Of a stretch of DNA of 64,000 nt, positions 53,469 to 64,000 are shown one piece after another. The DNA lies in assembly GCF_036321535.1 (NCBI RefSeq), contig NC_087436.1, forward strand, positions 12,648,001 to 12,712,000, in the 5' to 3' direction. Under the pieces are notes generated by a model. That model did no database searches, was not told the DNA's origin, and worked only from the letters and a program-made list of their open reading frames with translations. The number at the start of each line of letters is the position of its first letter. Position 1 is the stretch's first letter. The translations under genes and the position numbers were made by a program. Source of the stretch: Camelus dromedarius. Taxonomy: Eukaryota.

Positions 53469-54560
53469 GTTTGTTTGGACTAACACCCTGGTTGACTGGG
53501 CACACACTTGTGAGATGATTGCTAACCATTAGGCTTGCTGGATCTGCACTGAGTTGCCTGTTAGTGCCTCAGATGGGCTCCCGTGGAAAATTAAAGCAGC
53601 CTCTGAGGTTAATTGGACTTCGCTAAGAATGTGGAATGATACTAATCCACAATAGAACTTAATCAAAAAGAGGATACTTGCTGGGGTGAGAGAGTGCGTA
53701 AATCGCCCTCGCCCTGGATGGGATGTTCCATATAGGACAGTCTCGGCTGGGTGACAGCTGCAATGGTCAAGCCTCTGGCACGCATCCCCTTCTGCGTTGA
53801 GAGTTCAAAAAGACGGGACCATGTCAGATGGATCCCGTCTGGCCCGTGCAATAATGTTACTTGAGTAGCAAAGGGGGAGAAAAGGGGAAAGAGGAGTGGC
53901 ACCTTAGCCTGGCTTGTCCCTTGTGGGAGCCTTTGGGTCCGTGGGCAGTAAAGCCGACCATATCTGCCCCACCGCTGGACCGGCGGAGGCACTTGGGGAT
54001 GGCCACCTCTCCCTGTGTGGGTGCTGCCTACTTCACAGACCCGCCTAAGTAAGTGGGGAGCGCTTGAGGCATGCCACAGGGTATGGCGCACCCCTTGGTG
54101 GTGTCACCCCTCAGCTCTTTCTTCCCCCCAGGCAGCCACCATAGGGACAGAAGCAGAGATCAGTGCTTCAGCAGTGCACACGGCCAGGGCATTTAACGAG
54201 ACCCATAAAGCCCTGGGCCTTCTTAATGGTGAGGTGTATCAGCTGCGAAAGCTAGCTTTGCAAAATCGTACGGCACTTGATATTCTGACAGCTTCAGAGG
54301 GTGGGATGTGTGCCCTTGTAGGATCTGACTGCTGTGTTTATGTTCCAGATGCTCATCATAATATCAGCCAGGCTCTGATGGCCTTGGAAAAGAGCTAAGA
54401 GCTACTGAACACCTGACTGGAGACCCCCACAAGAATGGAAGGGATCACTGACTTCTGAGTGGTGCTTGGTAATAGCCATTTTGGAAGTATCTGCTTTTGT
54501 ATTAGCAGCTTGCTGTTGTAGTCTCTCTTGATGCTGTGGATTATGGATGGAGAGATCCAT
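53469..54560 (+). pseudogene. env: Degenerate gamma-type env (SU-TM)
   Basis: CWIC (53536-53547), SU C-terminal LWV.G…PYLP..WTG, RVWR cleavage-like site, ISD LQNRTALDILTASEGGM (54258-54308), CX6CC CALVGSDCC (54309-54335) and a hydrophobic TM-like stretch near 54460-54530. Confidence 0.9.
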
Positions 54561-55819
54561 CTGTCCTGTGAGCCCTTAATGAAGGCAGCTGACGCGATGG
54601 CCCAGCTCCAGTAGAGGCATTGCTCCAACGTGCCACTGCACCCAAGAGTCATCTTTTTGAATGACCTTCAAAATCTCTTTGACTCTAAAATTCCACACTT
54701 CTTTGAGAACGGCAAGAGTAATGCATTTTAATATTTCCCCTCTAGCTAAATTCAGATTTGTAAAGCAAGTCATAATGATCACAAAATATTAGCATAATTT
54801 ACATTTTATTTACCTATTTTAAAATTATGTATATATCAAAAATTATTTATACCAGTAAAATCTTCCCAAATAGCCAAATAGATAAAGTGTACTGAGTCAC
54901 AGTATCTGCCTGTTCCTGAAGAAGCATATGTTTGTTTCTTCCAAATAAGTAAAGACCAAGGGGTGGGGTGGGTCGGCACACGGCAAGTAGAAACAAGACG
55001 GGGAAGTTGTTAAGAAAGTCTATTCTGTAGCCGAGTTGCTGGGCTTCAAATCCTGGCTTTTCTACTTAGCTCTGTGACCTTGGGTAAGTTACTTAACTCC
55101 TCTGGTCTCAGTTATCTCCTCTTCAAAAATGAGTATGGTGATAAATATGATGCTGACCTCACAAGTTTGTGGTAAGGATTAAAGAATAAATATGCACATG
55201 TTATTTAAGAGCAGTGCCTAATAAGAACTCAAGAAATGGTGGTTGCATAATAGTTCTCATTCTGCAACACATTTAGCAATCTATTGATTATCGATTGCTC
55301 TCATGTAAATTTGCAAGAGGTGGCAAAGGTCCATAGGGTAGTAGGGAATTCTGTAAATGGGGATGGGAGAATTCTACTCTCTGATCCACCTCAGTAAGTA
55401 CTTACTGAATACTTAGGTTGTGTGTGGGCTCAGAGATACAACAGGAAATGAGATGCAGTCCCCTCCCTAATGGAACACAGGACCTGCTAGGGACGGGGGA
55501 GACCTAAATAAACTGCCCCAGTTCAGTGTGATGTGCTAAAAGAGCAGCAGCTCTCAAGGCGCCGGGACACTGATGAAGGAGTAATTAATTCTAACGGGGG
55601 CAGGGAAAGTGAGAGATGGGGTAGCACCTGAGCTGCACCATGAGGAGTTGGGGTTTGCTAGGCACACACGGTAGGGGTAAGTTAGTGCCGAAAGGCCAGG
55701 CAGGCTAAGGAAACATGAACAAAAGCAAAATTCTTAAAAATTGTTGGGTATATTTTGCAGAGCCATAGTGCAGCTCAATCAGAATAGAAGGCATATGCTT
55801 CTCCAAGAGCAGAGGGTCA

Positions 55820-55990
55820 GAGAGGGTACAGTTCAGTGGTAGAGTGTGTGCTTAGCATGCACAGGGTCCTGGGTTCAATCCCTGGCGCCTCCATTAAAAA
55901 ATAACTAAATCTAATTGCTTCCCTGACAAATTTTTTTAAATGGACTTTCATCCATACACCACATCAAAAAAAAGAAAAAGGAAAAAAATA
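55820..55990 (+). mobile_element. tRNA-derived SINE (camelid-type)
   Basis: gagagggtacagttcagtggtagagtgtgtgcttagcatgcacagggtcctgggttcaatccctggcgcctcc plus A-rich tail. Confidence 0.85.
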
Positions 55991-56353
55991 AGAGTAGAGG
56001 CTAGAGCCCCACTTGGGAGGCTTGAGGGGACAGGCTGGGAAGGCCTCCTACGCCGCTCCGGGCACTCACACGTTATTCCGCAGGCAGCAGAGAGCCAGGG
56101 GAGGCCTTCAAGTAGGGGACCGAGAAGATCTGGATCGGAGGGAGGAAGGAGAGACGCTGGAAGCAGAGACCAGTTAGAAGTCCACTTAGTAGTCTAGGAA
56201 AGGGGCTGAAACAGGGGGAGGGAGCTAGAACAAGGCAGAGGTGATGGAGGGGCAGGGACAAAAGCTGAAAGACACTTCTGGAGATAGACTGACAAGGTTT
56301 GGTGACCTGGATGCAGTGGTGGTGGCAGGAGTGCTAAGAGGAGTAACTGAGAC

Positions 56354-56962
56354 TGAGACAGGAGGGAAGGGGACAGGGCACAGCCATTAAAAGAATGACA
56401 CAGCAATCAGCACCAAGATGGTGGGAGATTCAAGTCCCAGTAGACGCTGAGCTTCAATATACACTCACTGAAATACACTAGGATGCTATATGGCACTCCC
56501 ACAGGTGCCAGGGCAATTTTAAGTGTGACCATAAAATGTCAAAAAGTGAGTGATGGCCCAGTTCCTGGGGACCCCCCCATCCCCAAAGTAGTTGAAATAA
56601 TCCTCCCTCTTGTGAGCATATGAAGTTACCAAGCCCATAAGTACTAACAACCCCACACCCTGTGGCCTCTCCTTTCTGGATGAGATGGCCGCACTCTGTC
56701 TATGGAGTGTGCACCTACTTTTGTTTTAAAACTAAATACTCACCCCCCACACCTCATGGCCTTTCTCTCGCCTTCTGAGACAGCCTCTGTCCATGAAGTA
56801 TGTATCTCTCTAAATAAATCTATCTTTACTCACTTGTGGCTCACTCCTGAATTCTTTCCTGCATGAAACCAAGGACCGACACTTGGTGGGGCACATCCCA
56901 GGGACTCAACTGTGACCTGGGACACGGCCGTCCTCTCACCCCACATTCATTTTCCTATATCA
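56354..56962 (+). mobile_element. Solo ERV1 LTR (MER41-like)
   Basis: TGAGACAGG…CCTATATCA; near-TSD agac/ggac; AATAAA ~56813. Same family as the copies at 63498-64000. Confidence 0.75.
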
Positions 56963-58626
56963 GGACCAGGACTCTGAAGTTTCTTGCTGGAGCAACTGGA
57001 CAGAGAGTAAGACAAGAAAGGAAGGAGTAGGAATAGGTTTATGGGAGGAAGAGAATGGGTTCAACCTCAGATATATTGAATTTCAAGCATCTACAGCTTT
57101 TCAAATGGGGATGTTTAGTAGGCAGATAAGTAGGGGAAAAAGGATCTCTGGAGAAGAGTCTGGCCAAGAGAAAAAGAGGCGGGAGTCACAAGTGTCTGGT
57201 GGGTAGTAAAGGCTTTGGTGCAGATGAAAATGCCCAGGGGCGGCACACAGCAAGGGAGGAGGAGACAGTGGGGACAGAGCTCAGCATAAAGGGAAGGCAG
57301 CACTAAGGAGTCATCAAGGTGCTTGAGGAAAACTGAGAGGCTGAAGAAAGTCTTCATAGGAGGGTGTGGTCAGTAGTGCCAAAAGCAGATGAGCTAGCAA
57401 GAGGGTCCAGGGGCTCTTGGATGAGGCAACAAGGAAGGTCCTAGAGCTGCAGAAGTTTCAGGGAGCCAGACTGCAGAGGGTGCAGAGAGTAGGAGTTAGG
57501 CAAAGGGAAGGACTAGGCAAAAAATGGAGATGATGATTGCAAGAAGTTCTGCAGAAAGGAAAGGAAAAAGAGGGGATCAAATGGAAGATTTCTTGTTACT
57601 TGCTTCTTGTTTGTTTTAATGGGGAACACATGAGGATATTTGTACCCCCAAAGGAAGGGAAACCAGAGGAGAGAACAAGTGCATAGCTCAGGGGAAGTCA
57701 GACCCAGAGGCGGTGGGGAGCCATTGGATCAAAGCTCCAGGTGGGAGAGTTAGAACTGGTGGTGGGTAAGGGCTCTTGTTCTCCAAGTCAGGAAAGGGGG
57801 AAGCAGGTAAGAAAAGAAGCTTTAGACACGTTTGGAAGTGGAAGTCAAAAAGACACTCACTTTAGTTTGTACTCTAAACTCTGAAGAAGGAAACTCCCCA
57901 ACCCAACCCAACCCGTTGGCAAAGTTGGCATGGATGGCCCAAGACTTGATGCAACCAGGAGATTCATGTAAGTTTATGGGTGTATAAGAAATTGACACCG
58001 TAACACTAGGCTATTTGCATATGGTGCGGATCTCAACGAAAAATGAGAGAGTTTGGAATTCCATTCCTATTCAGAGCATTTATTTATAGTAAATTTTACA
58101 TCCATGTTCCAAGGAGCTTATTAATCTTTTATCTCCTCATCTGTTAAGTAACAACAAGCTATTCCTCAGTGATGTCAGTCTCTAGGATTAAACCAGAGGT
58201 GTGGTGAGGTGCTGAAAAGGAAATCATATTTATGATGGACACTAGGGAAAATCAGGCTCATAGGATCATTCATTAAAATCCCTACTCACATTTTTATTAT
58301 GTCAAATCACTTCAAAATTATTACCAAACTATTTACTATGGAACAGAAAATACGGTTAAATTAAAAGTGGTCAGTCCCCTGGACTAAAATGCAAAAATAG
58401 TTTTACAGCAAGCCTTGAACTTAATTTGAGTTCAAAGTATTAGGTCACTGTACCATTAACTTTCAGACTGTTTCCTATTGAGAAGGCTAAAATATTCAAA
58501 TATTTTCTATTTTTTTCAAAATCCGTGTGAGGATACTACAAATGTGTGAAAAAATTGCATAAGTAATTGATAGGCTGCTTCTTTGAACCTGAACTTAATT
58601 TGTATACTTTCGCATGAAGATTGTTT

Positions 58627-59187
58627 AGAACAGGTAATAAGATGTTTAAATTACTCTTTAAAAGAAGAGCAAGATACTCTTCAAACAAATGACAATAAAA
58701 TTTGCCAAGCTTGGGTCTGAGTATCAGAGAGAACTGTGAAGAAAAAATGAAAAAAAAAAAAAAAAAAAAGAAAGAAAGAAAGATGAAATAATAAAAGATG
58801 AAACATTTTAGAAACAATTAACATAGTGAGTATAAATTTTGGATAACTTGAATAAAATTGGCTATGTTTCATTTAAAACTCTAAAAGTGAATATATTATT
58901 AAACAAATCACAGTTTATCAAGTTTTTAAAGTATATGCTTTACAGAATAAAAGAACGTCTTTATCAAATGCCTATGAGATATATCTATCATCTTCTCATT
59001 TGTGTCATATGTTAAATCTTTGTTGTTTATAATTTTGTGTTAAAAAAAAATCACCTGTTCTCTTCTACCTTCCAGTGACCACGTTATTAATGCCGGTATT
59101 CAGTCCACCAAATCGGTGTTTACTTATAATGTGTGTTTTCTACATTCTTTTACCTCGGATTCAATTTTGCAGTTGTACTGAGAAACA
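58627..59187 (+). repeat. Left arm of a long inverted duplication
   Basis: Reverse complement aligns by eye along its whole length with 60966-61520. Confidence 0.92.
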
Positions 59188-60129
59188 GTAAGTTCCCCAA
59201 TGCCAACCTCTTTTATCCACCTACTAATTACTTTAAATCAGGAAGATCTTTAATCTGGAAGTCCAGTACCACTTGTGCAAGCACTTTGCCCCGTTGAACA
59301 AAACAAACAGAAACATACTGAAGTGTTTAGCGGATTCTATTATAGTTACTAACTTCCATGTCGCACATTTTTAAAAAGTGACTTCTATTTAAATGATTCG
59401 GGTAAATAAGATTTTAGTTGATATTGTCTTATCAATTAAGAAATTTCAGAAACACATACTAAGGGGACACAGTTTCAAGTAAAACGTATTATTTGGTAGA
59501 TGAATTCTAGGTGAAGAACACATGAAAAAGGTTAATGTGTGCAAAGGAGAGACAGTTCCTGAATCAGAAATGCTTTATGCTTATATAGGAATGTACTCGT
59601 TGCAAGAAAACAACAGAGAAGGCAAATTTTAAGAGGAAAGTAAGAATCACACACAGAGCATAATACACCGATAAACATCTAAGTAAACTGAACATATAAA
59701 AGAACTGAAATAATATCTTCTTTCTGCTAGTGACTCACCACATGGCTACAGTATTTTAATTTCACCAGTGGTGCCTGCAGGTTACTGGCTTAGACAAGAA
59801 TCACAGCTGAAGATGTGAGCTGTTTTTATCGACTTCACAATTTTTTCCTTTATCTGATGACTGTAGCTTAGAATGACTTGGTGAGCTTCAGGTGGTCCAA
59901 AAGGTGAATTGAAAGACAGCAGAACTACAGAACTACAGAGATGCTGAACTGAGCATAATTTGTATAGTTCTAGCCATTTAAGGTTCGGACTAAATAAAAT
60001 TATTTCTGTGATTTCTTACATATTTCAGTTTGAGATATTGATGATGAAGGAAATGTGGAGGAGCATAAAGAACATTCCATTTTTAAAATTTCACTTCAGG
60101 CAAATTCTACTGAGAAGATTTTTCCTATA

Positions 60130-60295
60130 TTAGATGCCTCAGAATCACTTTAAGAGCTCTGTACAAAGCGGGTTCCTGAGGCCCATCTTGAGAGCTTCCA
60201 AGCCAGTGGGTCTGGGGTGGAGCCAGGATCTTTATTCTAACAAGCACCCCTGGGGATTCTGAGGCAGGGGGGCCTCACATCTTGAGAACCACTGA
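60130..60295. mobile_element. MER5A-like hAT DNA transposon remnant
   Basis: cagaatcac…gtgggtctggggtgg…tctaacaagcacccc.ggggattctga…ttgagaaccactg. Confidence 0.65.
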
Positions 60296-60965
60296 AGCTC
60301 GCTCATCCTTACAATTCTGCCAGTCCTCGGGTCATTGCTGAAAGGTGCCGCGGCCAGCTGAGCTTGAGGGTGCCGTCCTAATGGTCAACCACCCACTGCC
60401 CACCCCCCCACCACATGCACATATGTAAGAACCCAAGAGATACTCCCAATAAACAGATATTTTAACAACACATTTATTAAAAATTCATAGCCCCCATCAG
60501 TTGTCAATTGTATCTAAGAAGATATAAATATAGCAAGGTTTCAAAATAATTTGCAAAATTTAAGCCTAAGCGATACACTGGACTGAGCTAAGGTTACTGA
60601 CTAAAGTTCCTTCCTAGGATGACCCTGGTGTATTTGAATCCAGCTCCACAGTATCCGGTGTCAGCTGGTTCTGGGCCGTGATAATAAGATAAAACTTTCT
60701 TTACCTCAAAGGATGGTTCTCTTTAATCTATAGAATACAAATCCTCTTTTGCTTTAAGATTAAGCCATATATGAACTATTTTCTTAAACATTGAGATACT
60801 AAATTTTTTCTCTTGCTCTCTGGTCTTCAAATCCTCTAAAACAACACTCACTGAAATAAAGACAAATATGTTTCACTAAGAAGTTATCCAGAAAGACTTC
60901 CCTCCTATTTTATTCCTCATTCTGAACTGAGAGCTCTGTAGTATTAGGGCAGATGTTTTATAGAA

Positions 60966-61520
60966 TGTTCTCAGTACAACTGCAAAATTGAATCTGAGGT
61001 AACAGAATGTAAACAATACACATTATAAGTAAACACCGATTTGGTGGATTAAATACTGGCATTAATAATGTGGTCAATGGAAGGTAGAGAATTAGGTGAT
61101 TTTTTCGAACACAAAATTAAAAACAACAGAGATTTAACGTATGACACAGATAAGAAGACTGATAGATATATCTCACAGGCATTTGATAAAGATGTTCTTT
61201 TATTCTGTAAAGCATATACTTGAAAAACTTGATAAGCTGTGATTTGTTTAATAATATATTCACTTTTAGATTATCTCTTATTTTTTTTAAATGAAGCATA
61301 GCCAATTTTATTCAAATTCCCCAAAATTTATACTCAATATGTTAGTTGCTTCTAAAATGTTTCATCTTTTATTATTATTTCATCTTTCTTTTTTGTTCAT
61401 TTTTTCTTTACAGTTCTCTCTGATACTCAGATCCAAGCTTGGCTAATTTTATTGTCATTTACTTGAAAAGTATCTTGCTCTTCTTTTAAAGTGTAATTTA
61501 AACATCTTATTACCTGTTCT
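60966..61520 (-). repeat. Right arm of the long inverted duplication
   Basis: Inverted copy of 58627-59187, including a 31-nt perfect block (tccaccaaatcggtgtttacttataatgtgt on the left arm). Confidence 0.92.
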
Positions 61521-61809
61521 GGTGGTAGCAAGCAAGATGTCTATACACATGGCATATATGGTGTAAATCATGAGGCTGGTATCAGGATGAATTTTTTTTT
61601 TCCTCTGATTTTTTTTTTTTTTGGCCTTTGAGCCTTTGATCAGATACCATGAAGTATATACTGAAGTCAGAATATCTCAATAGGCAGTATTCTGAAAGTG
61701 AAATTGTTCACAGGGAAGATTTACTAACGATCATAACACAAAGTTATACTGTACCTTCTGTCCAGTGTTCATTGCACTTAGAATGTGGGAAAAATATATA
61801 TGTATGCGC

Positions 61810-62272
61810 TGTGGGACACTATGGGGTGGCCGGTCCATAATATGTGGGTTGGTAAAAGAATTTACCAGAGATAAAGTATGGGAATAGAAAGGAGTTTATT
61901 GGGACATGCTGCCATAGACAGCAGTGGGCCACACAGAAGAGAGGTGTCTGTGTGAGCACCGAGGGCTGGTAGTTGGGCTATTTTATAAGGTCTGGTCACA
62001 AGGTGCCTGATTGGTTTGTGCGCAAGTCTGGTTGCAGGTGATGCAAGAAGTTTAGAGTCTGTGAAGGGCGGTGGGGTTTATGACTCTAAGGTGGGCGGAA
62101 ACAAGCCAGCCTGAGCTATCATGAGATTAGGCATTACCTAGGGCTATTAGTTTGTTAGGGGAAACATGCCCAGTAAAGAATGTACTTTATCTGTTGAGGG
62201 ATCACAGGCAGATGTCTGAGGGCCCAGGAATGGGAGGCCATTGGACTTTGAAGGACATCAGAGGGCCCAACA
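61810..62272 (-). mobile_element. Solo LTR
   Basis: TG…CA ends; minus-strand AATAAA (~61895) and TATAAAA (~61981); flanks gtatgcgc/gtatgcac. Confidence 0.7.
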
Positions 62273-63131
62273 GTATGCACACACACATATCATATAATAG
62301 TATGGACTAATGGACTATTTTATATATGTGTGTATTTCTGTCTATGTGTGCATGAATGGAAATTGTTCAGAGAAGATCCACACTGTCTAGGGCAGCGTGA
62401 AACAGGCTATTGGGACCAAGATGTGTATCTGTGAAAGGAGCAAGGCAAAAATGGGGAAACTGAATGAAAAGGGAAAGGTAGCTGAACTGCTTGGAGGTAA
62501 ATTCACTGTCATCTAGTAACAAAATATTTTCCTTTACTTATGATATTTTAAACAGTGCTTTGGTTAATTTATTGAATAATAACATGGAAACCAGTGAATA
62601 TAATTGAAGCTATGCAAGGATGTATAAAAATAATACAATTATTATGGAAGTAGAATAAATATATTGATGGATTGCTCAGGCACTAATATAGGAATTTATA
62701 CATTGAATTTTTTTTTCTGTCATTAAGACTGATAGAAGACAGTTTCATCATCGATGTCTTGAAAGTAATTTTTTCCATTTTGTTTTGATGTCTACACGCA
62801 GGATATATTGTGTTAATCAAAAGATTGGTACCAGATTTTCTTTTTCCCTCTCCAACTTTTTACCTTCGAGGAACTGAAACTAGTCTTTGATTTTTTTTTT
62901 CCAACTATGCAATTTCAGCTACCAATTTTACATAGTATTAAATACCTTCCTTATTACTCAAATGAATAAAGGCCATATTTAAGAGCAATTTCTAAATGTT
63001 GTTATTTCAAGCAAAAATTAATTTTAAATAGGAGAACCTGCCCTAGGTTACTATTTCCTTTGTAAGTTGATGATTGTTAATATAAATTTGACTCATTTTT
63101 TTTCTATGTACATATAGCCAGGTGGAATGTG

Positions 63132-63167
63132 GACTTAATGAGATTCAAAGACTTAATGAGATTCAAA
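63132..63167. repeat. Perfect 18-bp tandem duplication (gacttaatgagattcaaa x2)
   Basis: Direct reading. Confidence 0.95.
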
Positions 63168-63497
63168 GTTATATAAGAACTGTTATTAATCATACTTCCA
63201 TAATAACTGAAATTATATTCACACATAAGTCTGCTTGTGAATTTCAGGTGATACAGAATTCTCCCCAGGCTTCTTTCATTTATTTTTTGATTTATGGACA
63301 AATATGGACAAATACTAGTATATGTACTAGTTTTCCATAACAATCCAGGGCAGTCTGTGACAAGAGAATAATATAAGATCTTTTAGAAGCTCAAAGAAGG
63401 AGGAAATGTTGGCCAAGATTGATTCATATTATGTAAAGTGGAATCACTTTAAGCACATCAGTGCTAGGTCAGGGCAAAGCCCCAAACCCACATGTAG

Positions 63498-63866
63498 TGA
63501 TTCCGGAAAACATGGGGTGTGAGAGGATGGCCATGTCCCAGGTCTTGGTTGAGTCCCTGAGACAAGTCCCACCAAGTGAGGGTCCTTGGCTTCATGCAGG
63601 AAAGAATTCAAGAGTGAACCATAGTTGAATAAAGGTAGATTTGTTCAGAGAGGCGTACACTCTATAGACAGAGTGTAGGCCGTCTCAGAAGGCAAGAGAG
63701 AGAGCGACCATGAGGTGTGGGGTTGTTAGTTTTTATGGGCTTGGTAATTTCCTATGCTAATGAGTAGAAGGATTATTCCAACTACTTTCGGGAAGGGGCA
63801 GGGATTCCCAGGAATTGGGCCAACGCCCAATTTTTGACCTTTTATGGTCAGCCTCAGAAATGTCAA
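63498..63866 (-). mobile_element. 5'-truncated ERV1 LTR (MER41-like), same family as 56354-56962
   Basis: Reverse complement matches the 3' two-thirds of the 56354-56962 LTR (…gaccataaaa.gtcaaaaa…gaattctttcctgcatgaa.ccaaggacc…ctctcac.cccca…ttttcc…tca). Confidence 0.8.
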
Positions 63867-64000
63867 GACCAGCTTTGAGGTTGACCATAAAAGGTCAAAG
63901 AGCGGGCAGTGGCCCAGTTCTTGGGAATCCCCACCCCTTCCCCAGGGTAGTGAGAATGGTCCTCCCACTTGTTAGCATATGAAGCTACCGAGCCCATAAA
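63867..64000 (+). mobile_element. Second, oppositely oriented copy of the same LTR, running off the right edge
   Basis: tgaggttgaccataaaaggtcaaag…ggcccagttcttgggaatcccc…gcatatgaagctaccgagcccataaa. Confidence 0.8.

Noticed and set aside
54015..54398. Possible domesticated syncytin-like env
   Set aside because: Only the TM ectodomain segment is open. SU has stops and frameshifts and the frame breaks before the membrane anchor, so no intact Env can be made.
54653..54682. Possible TSD matching 47951-47980 around the L1-ERV composite
   Set aside because: Only loose, gapped similarity in AT-rich sequence (aaaatctttga vs aaaatctctttga); not convincing.
1..64000. CRISPR arrays, operons or other prokaryotic systems
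   Set aside because: The sequence is intron-containing mammalian DNA; no regularly spaced repeat-spacer array was seen.

Overview
Mammalian genomic DNA, probably camelid (inferred from several copies of a short tRNA-derived SINE and cetartiodactyl-like L1/LTR repeats). It holds two minus-strand genes in the order known from human chr4q32. RBM46 has its CpG-island first exon near 15.0-15.2 kb and coding exons at 3011-3161, 1663-2130 and 388-1170, continuing off the left edge. LRAT is complete: non-coding exon 1, coding exons 39431-39967 and 35499-35651, 229 aa, ~3.7 kb 3'UTR. Between them lie a processed RPL19 pseudogene, a perfect DR2 AGGTCA repeat and ordinary interspersed repeats. The most unusual element is upstream of LRAT: a degenerate class III (ERV-S/ERV-L-like) provirus at ~49.5-54.6 kb. 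It has a tRNA-Ser primer-binding site, a perfect NF-kB site in its 5' LTR and gag-pro-pol with the RT catalytic core cleanly deleted in frame. It also has a gamma-type env (CWIC, RxxR, immunosuppressive domain, CX6CC) preceded by a strong splice acceptor. It directly follows an orphan L1-like 5'UTR and ends in an 82-bp copy of its own integrase sequence instead of a 3' LTR. Other structures: a twin-primed 5'-inverted L1, a ~560-bp-arm inverted duplication (58.6-61.5 kb) and a head-to-head LTR palindrome at the right edge. No prokaryote-type systems (CRISPR, operons, rRNA or tRNA genes) were seen. All family calls are by eye, without database searches.
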